This document shows positions 12,024-26,235 of a stretch of 64,000 nt of DNA, in pieces. A model generated the notes under the pieces. That model did no database searches. It had not been told where the DNA came from and saw nothing but the letters and a program-made list of their open reading frames with translations. The DNA comes from Eledone cirrhosa (taxonomy: Eukaryota), in contig OZ024740.1 of the NCBI GenBank assembly GCA_964016885.1, positions 241,862,001 to 241,926,000 of the forward strand, read 5' to 3'. The first letter of the stretch is position 1. Every line of letters begins with the position of its first letter. A program made the translations under genes and the position numbers.

Positions 12024-15000
12024 ATGGAGACTAGAACGTCATGTGACAGACTCTCACCCAACAGGTGCCCCCTGGCTCAGCAGCAGGAACCTGACTGTCA
12101 ACGAAATACTGCTGATGTTGGAGGAAGAAGAAGAAGGAAAGGGGCCAGAACCAACTGGACGAAAGAATTGAATAGAACTGTTATGCAATGCTACCTGAAA
12201 AGTAACCCCAAGGAGAGGGGCTACAGGAGACGGATGCATAACATCTGGAACGAGATTGGTTTATTTAAATTAGATGAACAAAAATTGGCCGGGCAGGCTC
12301 GGGTAATAAGAACTAATGGGTGGATAAGCGAGCTGGAACTGGAGGAACTGAGCAGAGAGAATGGCTTGGAGATGGCGGGTGTAGTATGCCAGACAAGCGA
12401 GCCGGCGGGAAATGAAGGTGAGGAGGTCCTGAGAGCGGAGGAACCACCCGAAGCAGACAATGATCTGAATACTGAGATAAATAATACCTGGAACAGAGAT
12501 ACGGCCACTGAGGAGATGAATGCTGACGGGCTAGGACAAGATTCGGTTGACATCCTAAATTTAGTGGTAGATGAGTTGAACAATGATAGTGGGAGACCTA
12601 TGAACCTAAGATTTGTAGACAGGAAAAAGTTAAAAGAAACAACAGCTAAGGTAAACAAAGTCATCCCATACCTTGAGGCGAGGAGTCTTCACCAGTGCAA
12701 CAATATCCTCAGAGCAACAGCAAATACGGTGAGGAAACTACTTGGTATAAAAGCGAGAGGAAACAACAGACAAGAAAGAGCAGAGCCGTGGTGGAAGAAG
12801 CGACTGAGTGGGCAAATCGGGGAAATGAGAAATGACATAGGAAAGCTTGAGTCACTACTGAATGGGACACTAAAAAACATAGGCACTAAAAATAGACTGG
12901 AAATAAAATACAAAACTAGGAGTAAAAAGCTAAATATTATCATAGAGGAATTGAAGCAACGCATTGTAGCAAAGAGTGCCAAAATCAGGCGATACGAGAA
13001 CAGAGTCAGTCAGTATAAACAGAACCGCATGTTCGACAACAACCAGAAGATGCTGTTTGGACAGCTTGAGCGGAAAGAAAGAGGCACCGACTTGATCCCT
13101 GGGGCGGAACAAGCTAAAACATTCTGGAGAGGAATATGGGAGCAGGATGTTAGACACAATGCCCAGGCAGGGTGGATTGAGACAGTACAGAGGGAGATCG
13201 GTGAGCAGGCACAGCAACAGACTGATTTGAGTATCACAGTTGAAACTCTTAAGGGGCAAGCCAAAAAACTAACCAACTGGAAATCACCAGGCCCAGATGG
13301 TGTGCAGGGGTATTGGATTAAACATTTAACATCCCTCCACCCGAAGCTGACGGCCATGTTCAATGACTGCTTGGTGTCGGGTGAGGTGCCAGAGTGGTTG
13401 ACAAAAGGTACCACAGTTCTGATAATGAAAGACCGAATCAAGGGTAATGATGTTACCAACTATAGACCTATCACATGTCTGCCCGTAATGTGGAAACTGT
13501 TGACGAGCATTGTGTCTGAGGAAATCTACCATCACCTCCACACAAACAACTTGTTGCCGGACGAACAGAAAGGATGCCGAAAGAAGTCACGTGGTACAAA
13601 GGACCAGTTGCTTATTGATAAGATGGTAATGGGGAATTGCAGGAGGAGACACACTGATCTTGCCATGGGATGGATAGACTACAGAAAGGCATTTGACATG
13701 GTGCCTCATTCCTGGATCACCAAAAGCCTGGAGATCTTCAGGGTGGCAGATAACATCAGACAGTTGCTGGGCAGGAGTATGGGGTCCTGGGAGACAGAGT
13801 TGACATCAACTGGAGTATCCTTGGGAAGCGTGAAGATCAAGAGAGGTATCTTCCAGGGAGATAGCCTGTCCCCTCTGTTGTTTGTCCTTGCCCTGATGCC
13901 CTTGACCATTATGCTGCGAAAAGTGAGAGCAGGATACAAGTTGGGAAGGGGAGAGCTTACCATCAATCACCTCCTCTTCATGGACGATCTTAAGCTCTTC
14001 GGGAAAAGTGAGAAGGAGTTGGATGTGCTTGTTGACACTGTCCGTATTTTCAGCAGTGATATATGTATGCAGTTTGGTATTGGTAAATGTGGAGTCATTG
14101 TGATGAGGAGGGGTAGGTTGAGCAGAAGTAACGGGATCCAGATACCAACAGGTGAGATGATAAAGGAAATTGACTCTGAGGAAGGATACAAGTATTTGGG
14201 CGTTCTGGAGGCTGATGGCATAAAGAACAAAAAAATGAAGGAATTGTTAAGAACTGAATACATTCGGAGAGTAAGGAGCGTATTGAAGTCACATCTGAAC
14301 AGCAGAAATGCCATAAGCGCAGTAAATTCCCGAGCTGTGTCTATTATTAGGTACAGTGCGGGAATTCTGAGATGGAATGTTGCTGAACAAAAAGAAATGG
14401 ATAGGAAGACTAGGAAGCTATTGACTATCTACAACATGTTCCACAAGAGGAGTGATGTCGATAGACTCTACCTAAGGAGATCTGAGGGTGGAAGAGGTCT
14501 TATCAGCATAGAGGACTGTGTTCAGATGGAGAAAAACAACCTATACAAATACGTGACCTATAGTAAGGAGCCAATGCTCAGAGCTGTACTGAAGGAGGGG
14601 AGAGTAGGCCAGGGGATACCCAAGGAGGAAATAACATCAAGGAGGAAGAGCAGCCTTAAGGGAAAATCCCTTCATAGTACCTTCTTTGAGAAAACTGAAT
14701 TTAGAGATCCACAGACATGGAACTGGTTGAGAAGAGGAGACCTCAAAAAGGCTACAGAAGGAATGCTAATGGCTGCGCAGGAGCAGGCCCTCAAAACGAA
14801 GTGGTTGAAGCACCATATCTACAAGGAGGAGGCTAGCCCACTGTGCAGGATCTGTGGAGAGAGAGAGGAGACTGTGGCTCACATTGTGTCCGAGTGTAAA
14901 CACCTAGCCCAGACCCACTATAAGGGCTGGAGACACGATGTGATGGGCAGGGTGATCCACTGGCACCTGTGCAAAGTAAACAATCTACCACATTCTGAGA

Positions 15001-15407
15001 AATGGTATGAGCATAGGCCAGAGGCGGTGATGGAGAACAGTCAGGTGAAGGTGCTGTGGGATTTTAGGATACAGACGGACAAAAAACTGGAACACAATAG
15101 ACCTGACCTGGTGGTTGTGGACAAAGAAAAAAGATCGTGCCTGATTGTGGATGTGGCCTGCCCGTTCGACACGAGAGTGCAAGAGAAGGAGAGGGAGAAA
15201 ATTAACCGATACCAGGACCTAAAGTGGGAGGTGAAAAGGATTTGGAACTGCCATGAAGTCAAAGTGATCCCGATTGTCATAGGCGCACTGGGGACTATCT
15301 CCAAAGGTTTCCAGGGATGGTTAAAGAAAATCGGCCCCTTCACGCTTTTTGGAACGCTTCAAAAGGCATGCTTGCTTGGAACGGCAAGAACCCTCCGATA
15401 CGTCTGA
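12024..15407 (+). CDS. R4/Dong-clade retrotransposon ORF, 1127 aa (RT + CCHC + RLE endonuclease), copy 3; element runs to the (AAT)n tail at ~15528
   Basis: Uninterrupted ORF with N-terminal WTKELNRTVMQCY, RT motifs ([33 protein letters not shown]), CRICGEREETVAHIVSEC, RHD and NRPDLVV...DVACP...EK. A 1-nt loss near the end stops it 3 codons earlier than copies 1 and 2. Confidence 0.95.
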   Translation: METRTSCDRLSPNRCPLAQQQEPDCQRNTADVGGRRRRKGARTNWTKELNRTVMQCYLKSNPKERGYRRRMHNIWNEIGLFKLDEQKLAGQARVIRTNGWISELELEELSRENGLEMAGVVCQTSEPAGNEGEEVLRAEEPPEADNDLNTEINNTWNRDTATEEMNADGLGQDSVDILNLVVDELNNDSGRPMNLRFVDRKKLKETTAKVNKVIPYLEARSLHQCNNILRATANTVRKLLGIKARGNNRQERAEPWWKKRLSGQIGEMRNDIGKLESLLNGTLKNIGTKNRLEIKYKTRSKKLNIIIEELKQRIVAKSAKIRRYENRVSQYKQNRMFDNNQKMLFGQLERKERGTDLIPGAEQAKTFWRGIWEQDVRHNAQAGWIETVQREIGEQAQQQTDLSITVETLKGQAKKLTNWKSPGPDGVQGYWIKHLTSLHPKLTAMFNDCLVSGEVPEWLTKGTTVLIMKDRIKGNDVTNYRPITCLPVMWKLLTSIVSEEIYHHLHTNNLLPDEQKGCRKKSRGTKDQLLIDKMVMGNCRRRHTDLAMGWIDYRKAFDMVPHSWITKSLEIFRVADNIRQLLGRSMGSWETELTSTGVSLGSVKIKRGIFQGDSLSPLLFVLALMPLTIMLRKVRAGYKLGRGELTINHLLFMDDLKLFGKSEKELDVLVDTVRIFSSDICMQFGIGKCGVIVMRRGRLSRSNGIQIPTGEMIKEIDSEEGYKYLGVLEADGIKNKKMKELLRTEYIRRVRSVLKSHLNSRNAISAVNSRAVSIIRYSAGILRWNVAEQKEMDRKTRKLLTIYNMFHKRSDVDRLYLRRSEGGRGLISIEDCVQMEKNNLYKYVTYSKEPMLRAVLKEGRVGQGIPKEEITSRRKSSLKGKSLHSTFFEKTEFRDPQTWNWLRRGDLKKATEGMLMAAQEQALKTKWLKHHIYKEEASPLCRICGEREETVAHIVSECKHLAQTHYKGWRHDVMGRVIHWHLCKVNNLPHSEKWYEHRPEAVMENSQVKVLWDFRIQTDKKLEHNRPDLVVVDKEKRSCLIVDVACPFDTRVQEKEREKINRYQDLKWEVKRIWNCHEVKVIPIVIGALGTISKGFQGWLKKIGPFTLFGTLQKACLLGTARTLRYV

Positions 15408-16661
15408 ATATCTGAGGCTGCAGGTAGTGGCTTGATATTCAATCCAACGGACTTTCCAGTTAACCAACATCAATGACTGAGATTCAAGGAATAACAATAA
15501 CAATAATAATAATAATAATAATAATAATTACATAGATATAAACATATCATTGTATTAATTTAATAGTGTTAATTAGGATTTTTATAATATTAATATAGTT
15601 ATCTTTAATCTATGGGTTAACATATAGATGCATTAGAAAAAAGGGTGCTTGAAAGTAATACTGATTTCTCCGGATAAGACCCAAGGTTACCGTCTTTTGA
15701 AAGGAAAGTATATGTATAGACGATTCTATAGTATTGATGTTTAATGTATTTTCCCACGAGGGATGTGAGCAGAGGTCAACTATGGAGTAAGACTTTAAAA
15801 CTGTGACATTGAAAGAAAGTAACACACAGCGGAGCATCTACTGTAGCATTCTACTCATTATTGTAACAACCGACCACCCATTCCACCTCCACCATCGTCA
15901 TTTAGAAAGATAATATTGTTAGTATTAAGCTCGAATTCCCCACGACGCTATTCATTTTATATTAGCGTATTCGAACATGATTTACAATTAGTTTTTTCAG
16001 CCACTGGAAACAATATACTTAGTGAGGAAGTACATTATAGATTTAGAAGCTTGAGCAACAACAATTAATGTGATTTACTCTAAGAATTAAATCTCATGGG
16101 GTTAAACCTTGCGGAGAAGATGGTATTCAAATATATTTTACAGTAAGTGTTTAAAACAATTCAGTCAGTAAATACACGTATATTTAAACATTTATTTTTT
16201 TTAGTACTCTCTGTAATAGAAATATTCCTTTGACTGGCTTAAAAACTACCACACAGGTATGAAGTTACATACACAGCCAATTACATGTACATGTGGACGA
16301 AGAATCAATGTTATACAGTCCTAAGCATATATATATATATATACTGACAAAGTTTCACACAGAAGCGCAAACACAGGCTCAAACAAAGAAACAAGTACAC
16401 AAGAATACACATACGTACGTGACTTCCAAAGAAACTGAGATGGCTGTTTAGCAGATAGAAATTGCATTGAGAACAGTTCCATTGTTTTTCTTTTTTTGTA
16501 ACCTACTATTAAATCACCCCTTACTGAGACAACAAGAAAGAAACTTTTGTTCACTACTGTACCAAGACACCGATTTCAAATTTTTAAAAATTAATATGAT
16601 GCATTCCTCTTAGTGCATGTGGCATGGATAATAGCTACGTGAAAAAAAAACAAAAAAAAAA

Positions 16662-16704
<43 letters not shown>

Positions 16705-17061
16705 CTTGTGTGTGTATGTTGGCGGGGATTTAAATACATAGACACACTAACACACACGCACATTTCGGCATGATGAAAAATCATGGTATATATGTTTCGA
16801 AGTGAGGCTCAAGTTGGCACACAATATGATGCACTAATAATTTATTTTCTACAATGAAGGGTATAAATTATCGATTACTGCAGCCTAAATTCCAAAAGTT
16901 TGACTTATTTGATATACATTACAGAAAGTTATTTCGTAGGGGTGAAAAAGGGAGCGAGAAATATTTAACCGTAATTCAAAACAGTCTTATCGAATTAGTT
17001 CATGAATAGCTTATTCACATTATATATTATTATTGTTGTGTCAAGCAGGCATTAATATTTT

Positions 17062-17252
17062 AGGGCGGTGGATTGGCAGTATCGGTAGAGGGTCGGACGC
17101 CCTCCTTTGTAGCATAGAGTTACGCCCCTTTACGGTCTGAGTTCAAATCCCGCCAAGGTTAACTTTGCCTTTCATCCTTACGGGGTCGATAAAATAAAGC
17201 ACCAGTAATGTACTGAGACAATTGCTGGCCTTTTGCCAAAAGTAGAAACAAT
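17062..17252 (+). mobile_element. tRNA-derived SINE, abundant family (other full or partial copies ~24140, 26735, 27870, 32620, 38035, 39188, 41235, 41745, 44108, 47083, 47280, 51260)
   Basis: A box TGGCAGTATCGG, B box GAGTTCAAATCC, central ctttcatccttacggggtcgataaaataaag (resembles the Meta-type SINE domain), 3' ggcctt.tgccaaaagtagaaacaatt. Repeated more than 10 times in both orientations. Confidence 0.85.
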
Positions 17253-17698
17253 TATATATTGTTATTGTTGTGTCAAGCAGACATTAATCTTTTAGCTCTG
17301 TTGATAACATAGAGCACTGTTTTTTTTCACCATTGCTACGGAAACCCTACACACGCACACACATATATATATATTCAAACACCCTTATACAGGTAACTAT
17401 AAGGATAGATTATCGTTATAAATAATTTTTGAAACAATTGGGTGAAGTAGTTCAAAAGACGAGAATAGGCGGACAGAGACGCCTGGCGAGCGCGTTTAAC
17501 GGTTCTGCCAAAGAGCCTCTGGGTATTAATTACTTTTTAGATGATTTAAACCTGAAGCTACAAGTATACACATCTGGTTGACTTAGAGTTGGGAAATTTG
17601 GAATTTGAAAATATAGTCGCCCCATTGCAGGCAGGTCACTGTAATGATAATTGATACTATAATTGTAATGATAATTGATAACTATAATTAATAGGTCA

Positions 17699-18164
<466 letters not shown>

Positions 18165-18165
<1 letters not shown>

Positions 18166-18333
18166 TATTTTATAAGTGGGTCTGGGAACTAAACCTACGG
18201 ATTATGCACTCACATAAACACATAAATATTTATGTATGTATTATGTATGTATATATATATATGTGTGTGTGTATATATATATGTGTGTGTGTGCGTGTAT
18301 AAATGTATATATATATATATATATATATACATT

Positions 18334-18389
<56 letters not shown>

Positions 18390-18494
18390 CACACACACAT
18401 ATATATATATACATAATACATACATACATATTTATATGTGTTTATGTGAGTGAATAATCCATAGCTTTAGCTCCCAGACCCACTTATAAAATAT
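18165..18494. mobile_element. MITE-like inverted-repeat element with a microsatellite core
   Basis: atattttataagtgggtctggga.ctaaa.cta.ggattat.cactcacataaacacat is mirrored at ~18420-18494. No ribozyme core was found. Confidence 0.55.
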
Positions 18495-19022
18495 CCGTTA
18501 AGTAGACTAAGTTTACATAAGTGGATATTAATTCAGTGCTCATAGACATATGCGGTGGTTCGTGATGATTATAGACTTAGACGTGGTTGTTATGGTGTTC
18601 ATGCAGGTACATTCTCCTGTTTAGGGTAAATGAAACTGTTACCGATATCTTCTTTCACGCGCAAAAGGGAGGGAAATTCATTATCAGGCCCTGTTTGGTA
18701 TTAAAAGAATAAATGAATAGAAATATGTAGGAAAAATAATATGAAAAGAGGAAAGTAAATAAAAAAGTGAATGAAACCATAAAAAAACGTTTTGAAGGAA
18801 ATGTACCCAGGAAGACGTCAGCCACGGGAATATCAAAACCAGTATATAAAATATATAGTTAAACAAAAACAAAAGAAAAATTGAGGAAAACACATCTGTT
18901 GTTGAAATACAGTCGACTTACACAATACCACAACTCCAGTCGAATTTCCGTAGTTTGTATATGCACTCATTCACACCTCACACACTCTCACACACATGCA
19001 CACACACACACACACATGCACA

Positions 19023-19143
<121 letters not shown>

Positions 19144-19869
19144 GTGTAAGTGAGTGTATGTTTGTCTGCTTGTGAGTGTGAGTGTTTCTGCTGCAGTCTT
19201 ATTAATATCATTTTTACCATAAAATAAATATAAAACAAACAATTATTTTATACATGCTTATTTTGGCAAACTGAAGGTTCTTGACTTCTCTATAAAGTGA
19301 ATGGATTATACTGGCATTTTATATACTAAATGAGAAATTTAATATTATCGTAGGGTTATGATGTTACCATGTACTAAGCTAATTGCTCATAAGTCAAGCC
19401 TGCGATAAAGTTTTGATTCTCATTGTAGCACTTATATCGTTGTTTGGAGAAAAGGATCGTGAACACCACAAATTTCAAGTTCCGCCTCTTTTGCAACCGA
19501 CAAATTTTACAATACTTTCCAGAGTGCGGTCAATTCTGTTTACATTGATTTGCTATCTGATATACAACAATCTCAACAAGGTCCTTGTAAGGATCATTGA
19601 TTTTAATCTCAAATATAGATTTATAGATATAACCCATCACCTGCAATTTGGGGGGGGCGAGTATTTTGAGTGGTGTACACACTGTTGCAAGTATTCTAAC
19701 CAGGACTTCGGTCTAAATCATATGAAGACTATCCTTTCTTTATCTTCCCAGGAATGGTCGTCCGGCAAAATTCGCATGACAGCTGCCCTTTCTCTTCGAA
19801 GACATACACATTCTAAGAATTCAATTTATATTAAGATTCAATAGATACAAAAACAACTAGAGACATTAC

Positions 19870-19917
19870 CACTTCCTGTATCCACTGGGATCTTTGAAGA
19901 CGGCTTTCCACCGGAAA
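19870..19917 (-). CDS. Candidate 48-nt symmetric (phase 1-1) internal micro-exon, peptide xSGGKPSSKIPVDTGSx
   Basis: Acceptor cttcttacttcaacag, donor gtaatg, open frame, length a multiple of 3. The host gene is unidentified. Confidence 0.3.
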
Positions 19918-20228
19918 CTGTTGAAGTAAGAAGAAAACATCAATTAGTATAAAGGAAAATGTATAAACGTTATTTTTATTATCATTGTCGATTATTTCAA
20001 AGAATCCTAATAAATTAATAGAACGAGCGAAATGGCATTGCCATATATATACAGAATAAGTTTATATCTCATATTCTTTATCAGTATAGCCAACATTGGT
20101 TGACGACGCCTATTCGCATATAGTACGAATATGACTGTTTGATACTAATTAACAGTAGCATATATATTTATAATAACCATACACATAATCTCACTATGAT
20201 ATATGTATGTTTGTATATATATATATAT

Positions 20229-20327
<99 letters not shown>

Positions 20328-22350
20328 CATACAGAAGTGGGGAAATGAAGTGTGAGGAACTATTAAGGAAATATAGAATATTTTTCTATTAAAGAAATCT
20401 CCCAGTTCCATTCACATTAACTAATTGTTTACCTTTTATGGCAATAAAGAATATTGTTTTATTCCTTGGTTGTTATTTGAAGATGTGGAACCCAGGAACA
20501 CATTTGGTTGTAGGAATCCCAGAGACGATAGTGTTAAGTAAACCTTGACTAGATAATTGTGGGTTAGGCACTCACACTATGCTACTCAATAAACAATTTC
20601 AAGTATATGGTCAAAATTTATGAAATTACTTTTGTTTCAAATATATAAATATATTTTTGTTTAGGAAACTTTGCGGAATCTGTGTCTAGGCATCTAAATA
20701 TTGGTTTCACTTTACTATGTACAACATCTATATATTTCAGGGGTTTCGGGAAGTTGTTTCTCATGCATTTCTCGAAAGATATAAATTGCATAAGTGCGAA
20801 AAAATAATTTCAATCAAAAATGCAAAAAAGTTTAATGCTACAACTCCTCAGAACTTTACACCTGGCTGTAAGTTTCTATTCAGGAGATAATTTATTATAA
20901 GAAATGATTAATATTTATCATTATAAAATTTAATATTAGGTATAGTTGAATAAACAAAATTTAAGTTTTCGCTAGTTCGTGGTGAAGTAATTAAAGTTTG
21001 AAATTATAGGCCATAAAAGGAATTCAATAAAATAAATGATATTTCAATTTAAAAGTACATATAAACTGAAATCAATTTGAATTAGAAGAATAGATAAGCA
21101 TATAATAATTAGAGTAAATGTGGATTAAAGAAGTAATTGTTAATGTGAATAAAGAAGATATGACATTAGAATAAGAAAAATAATGGTTACAGTGCAAGAA
21201 TTAATTGAGGATTCAAAGAATTCGTTGTAAAAATTCCTGTGCTTGTGCGAAAAGAAAAGAAAATACATGTGAGTAAAGGTTTACTCTATTGCAGTGTTTA
21301 ATAAAAGGATGTGTGAATCTCAGGGAGGATAAACATTCAATGCAGAGGTGTGGGAAGAAAACAAACAATATCTTTATTTGAAAAGTTTCTCAAAATGAAA
21401 TGAAAAAATGAATATACGTTTGGAGTGAAAATAAGTTTATGGAAAAAGAAATGTGAAATGTGTGATTTGGATGATCTGTGCATGTGTGTGTGTGATTGTG
21501 CAGGTATTTATCTGAAACATGACTTTATCAGTTTTTGGTATATATTTTCAGCTACTTCAAAAAGTTTGTATTTTATTTTTATTGCAATTATTAAGTGTAA
21601 GCAACTGTCCAATGTCAAATTCTCGAATTGATTGTTTCATTCATTTTTAACAAGTTTTGTTATTTCTGACAGTTTACCTGTTTTAATAATTCAATAGGTA
21701 CAAATTTAACAGAGAATGTCCAAACGTTAAATTAAGCAGGTTATGCAATTTTCACATAACATTAGACAGTTTTTGCATGATGTAAATGAACCTTATGAAC
21801 TCTATGCATCAAAGTATTTATTATGAAACTTATTATGAAAAACGACGTAACGTATAGTGCTTCTAATCAATAATAAATAAATAAATAAATAAATTAATTA
21901 AATCACATTGCTAATTAATGTAAATCTATCCGACCTTGCATACACTATAACGAGCTATAAGCTACTATTCTCTGTGGTGTAAGAAAACGATAGTATAACC
22001 GATCTTTGACGAAACTGTAAAACACCGAAAGTAGCTACCTTGGTTACTTTGTGCTGACCACAAAGAGAAAAAAATATGGTTTAAATACAGTATCCAATTC
22101 GTACAGCCAGGCTAAAAGTGTATGAACCCTATTAATAGCTATGTGTGTACGCACTTACAGACAAATATATATCAACGTACACACACACGCACACTCACAG
22201 ATACACTCACACATACACACCATCTCCCTCTCACGCATACACACATATATTTATGTATATTTATGTATATGTGTGTACGTAGATATATAAATGAATAATC
22301 TCGAATATACCCACTCACAAGCACAAATACACGTACACGCATACATACAG

Positions 22351-22428
<78 letters not shown>

Positions 22429-23356
22429 GCGTGTGTGTAATACTGTATGTATGCGTGTACGTGTATCTGTGCGAGTGAGTGTGTATATTCAAGATTATTC
22501 ATTTATATGTGTATGTGAGCACGTAATATTTTCTTATCAGAACTCTGTATCGAATTACACTGTAAATTAATTATCTTAGTTGTTGATGTGCTGTGTTTTC
22601 AATTTGTGACTGTGTTTAAAGCAATTGAACCTGCAAATCTTATATACTCAGTGAACGATGTTATAACTTCAATAACTTTGATATAGATGAATGTCATTTC
22701 GCGTTTTATATACGAAATTCACGCAAGAGTAAAAGTTAAACATTTTACCTTCTTAGAAAGTCTCAAGAGATATGATCTCGTCCACACACAAAACTATAGC
22801 ATATATCAATAACTTGGTAAATATATTTTTCAAGACTTCCCATTTCCATCTCACCGGCTGACACCGGAAATCTACTTCTGTAAAATGACATTTCATCGTT
22901 CAAGCTCTAAATGAACGTATGTGTGTCAATTTATGAACCTGTTCATGTGAGTTGTGGCGTAGCATGACATGCCAAGATTAGTTTAATACTGTCTACGTTT
23001 GTCGTTCGTGTAAGAAAGTGACTTGCTGTGGCAAACCTGCACGACTAGAGGCAATGGGGTAAAATCGTGCTAGAAAATAGGAATTCTCTTGGTGAAGGAA
23101 GAATGAATATTGTGAAGTAGATGTAGGGAAAAAAGGTTTGGTCTAATAAATGCGTTCACTTCACTATCGATGAGACAAGGTCTGGGAATAGAGAGTGTGA
23201 ATTTCGTAAAAAGGAAACACGAAACCAAAACGACGTACATCGCATATCTAACAGTTACAACATACAAGAATTACACATCCCCCGCTTTGTAGATGATAGC
23301 AAATTGAAGATTCAACAGTTATTACTTATAATGTATGCACACACAGATACACACAC

Positions 23357-23424
<68 letters not shown>

Positions 23425-23546
23425 TATTTTCCGTTGTGTTGTAATATAAATATTACACACAGTAGATAGCAGCTGTTTTAGGTTATGTAACTGTTATAGA
23501 AACACGTGTCAATAAATTCCTTTCAACTAAACTGTATCCATTCAAA

Positions 23547-23592
<46 letters not shown>

Positions 23593-23597
<5 letters not shown>

Positions 23598-24779
23598 AAT
23601 CAAGAAAGAAGAGTGACATGGTTTGCTATACAATAGGGGCTTTATTCACATTGCTGACAATTGTTTCTCTGAACTGGTAGGTCTAGAGATCGCTACTCGC
23701 CTGTTTTTGCGTCAATCAATCACCAATACTTTGTTATAACCAGCCTATTCATCAGAGCATGTGAGAATGATGTAAATACACAGGCATGGCTTCCATATAT
23801 AGTAGTGGCACTAAATCAGAACAATAATAACAATAGTCAAATAAATTAGCTAGATTGTAAATAGTTAAAATATTCACAACATCAAGAAATAGAGTATACT
23901 GATGACTTTAGCATGTAAAACGAGCTGATACGAAACAGATGTATGAAATTGACATGTAAAAGTATTCATCATCTTCTCTCTATATATACCTTGCTTTCTT
24001 AACCTCTGTATTACCTTATTGCCTATATTGTTGTTATTGTTGTCTTATTTATGCACGATTTGTTATTGATGCTGTGAAAGCTAAACAACCCCATGATTCC
24101 AACTAACAATCCCTTCATCTAATATAGACCACTTAAATAATTGTTTCTAGTTTTGGCACAAGGCCAGCAATTACCCAGTGTATTACTGATAATTTATTTT
24201 ATCAACCCCATAAGGATGAAAGGCAAAGTTATACCACTTAAATAATGAATACGCTTTACACCACATAAAAATTACCATCCTCACTACAATGAAAATATTT
24301 TATCTGTCAGATAATAAATAAATCTTACGGTCAGTAAATGGTCCATTGTTTCAAGCCCCAGATTATCTCTACACTATATATAATATACCCCATGACGGCT
24401 TTTACATGTCGATTTCATACATCTGTTTCGTATCAGCTCGTTTTACATGCTAAAGTCATCAGAATACTCTATTTCTTACTTAGATTGATGTTGTGATTAT
24501 TTTAACTATTTACAATCTAGCTAATTTATTTGACTATTGTTATTATTGTTCTGATTTAATGCCACTACTATATATAGAAACCATGCCTGTGTATTTACTT
24601 CATTCTCGCATGCTCTGATGAATAGACTGGTTATAACAAAGTATTGGTGATTGATTGACGCAAAAACAGGCGGGTAGCGATCTCTAGACCTACCAGTTCA
24701 GAGAAACAATTGTCAGCAATGTGAATAAAACCCTTATTGTATAGCAAACCATGTCACTCTTCTTTCTTGATTTATTATT
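23593..24779. mobile_element. Fold-back element (family C) with ~370-380-bp inverted arms and a hammerhead in each arm
   Basis: Arms ~23593-23962 / 24399-24779 with a ~435-bp spacer that includes a SINE fragment. The left arm abuts (TA)n; the right side continues ~165 nt to (TA)n. Confidence 0.75.
24611..24718 (+). ncRNA. Type I hammerhead ribozyme with an extended stem II (mirror copy on minus at ~23651-23761)
   Basis: TGCT-CTGATGA-[~80 nt closed by actggt/accagt]-GAA-ACAATTGT-C-AGCA, followed by AATAAA. Stem III is palindromic. Confidence 0.7.
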
Positions 24780-24959
24780 ACTCCAAGTGCAAACTACATA
24801 GAAATCATCGAGTACTCGCAGCATCACTATGGAAACATCTTGTTGAGTCAAACTTAGCCAAGCGTTAATACTATCCACTACTCGGAGTACCCTAACTGGA
24901 CTACATCTAAGTGGACTACCTATAACAATAATTTGTTATCCCGTATATATATATATATA

Positions 24960-25246
<287 letters not shown>

Positions 25247-25283
25247 ATGTGTGTGTATGTATATATATATAAATATATATATT

Positions 25284-25315
<32 letters not shown>

Positions 25316-25937
25316 TTATGGCGTAGTTTAACAAACCCACTCTGCCTGATGAATTGTTTGTGCCATGGAGTGCTATATTATCAATCGATGTACTCGAACT
25401 ATTAGTCAAGCCTACAGTAAATCGCAGTGTACCGCTTTAAAGAATGGGTACATTGGATAAAATTAGTTGTACATAGACTGTGCCTACGAAAAAAAAAACT
25501 GAACGGCTGGGGCTGCATTCTTTTTGATTGCAAGTATGATCAATCAGAGCTGACCTCGATGTAAAGAATAGTAATAGTTGCGCGCGCACGTAACCCTATC
25601 TATAAAACTTTTGTAGCTAACAACCAATCATTTATCAATATAGTTTTAGTATAGTTTATTTAATGGTTATGTCATTTGTTATTAAAGTTACATTGTACTC
25701 CACATAAATGAAGAAAAAATAATGGAAAATCGTGAAAAAAGTTATTTTGTTATGAAATATATCTTATGATCTCATGCTTTTTTTACATTGTCATCAAAGA
25801 TTTTATCATTTTACCATGTTCTGTGGTTACTTCAATTTGCGATTTTGCATCAGTTTTGGGAGCTGTTTAATGTAGAAAAATCAAGGTACGCTGATTATTG
25901 GTTACGAAGAAACGTTTTCTTGATTAAAATTAACATG

Positions 25938-26015
<78 letters not shown>

Positions 26016-26168
26016 ATAATAAGAACCAACGTATCGTCTTCCTGTCTTCCTTCGGTTGCAACGTTTTTTTTAATGTTTACTTCTGCGTTCACAGATAGAT
26101 TTTTTTAGTTTCAGAAGATCCCGTTAAGGGTGAAAGCAGCGATTCTTTGCTTAAATTTTAATCTGTTA

Positions 26169-26235
<67 letters not shown>

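Noticed and set aside
19383-19844. 153-aa plus-strand ORF
   Set aside because: No recognizable domain, non-ATG start and no supporting splice structure.
22749-22877. Minus-strand exon candidate with a good acceptor and donor
   Set aside because: All three frames contain stops before the donor.
26112-26145. CAGAAGA tccc gttaa gggt GAAA between TA tracts (similar weak strings near 25335, 29720 and 31605)
   Set aside because: Cores are degenerate, stem I is absent and there is no second copy to support them.
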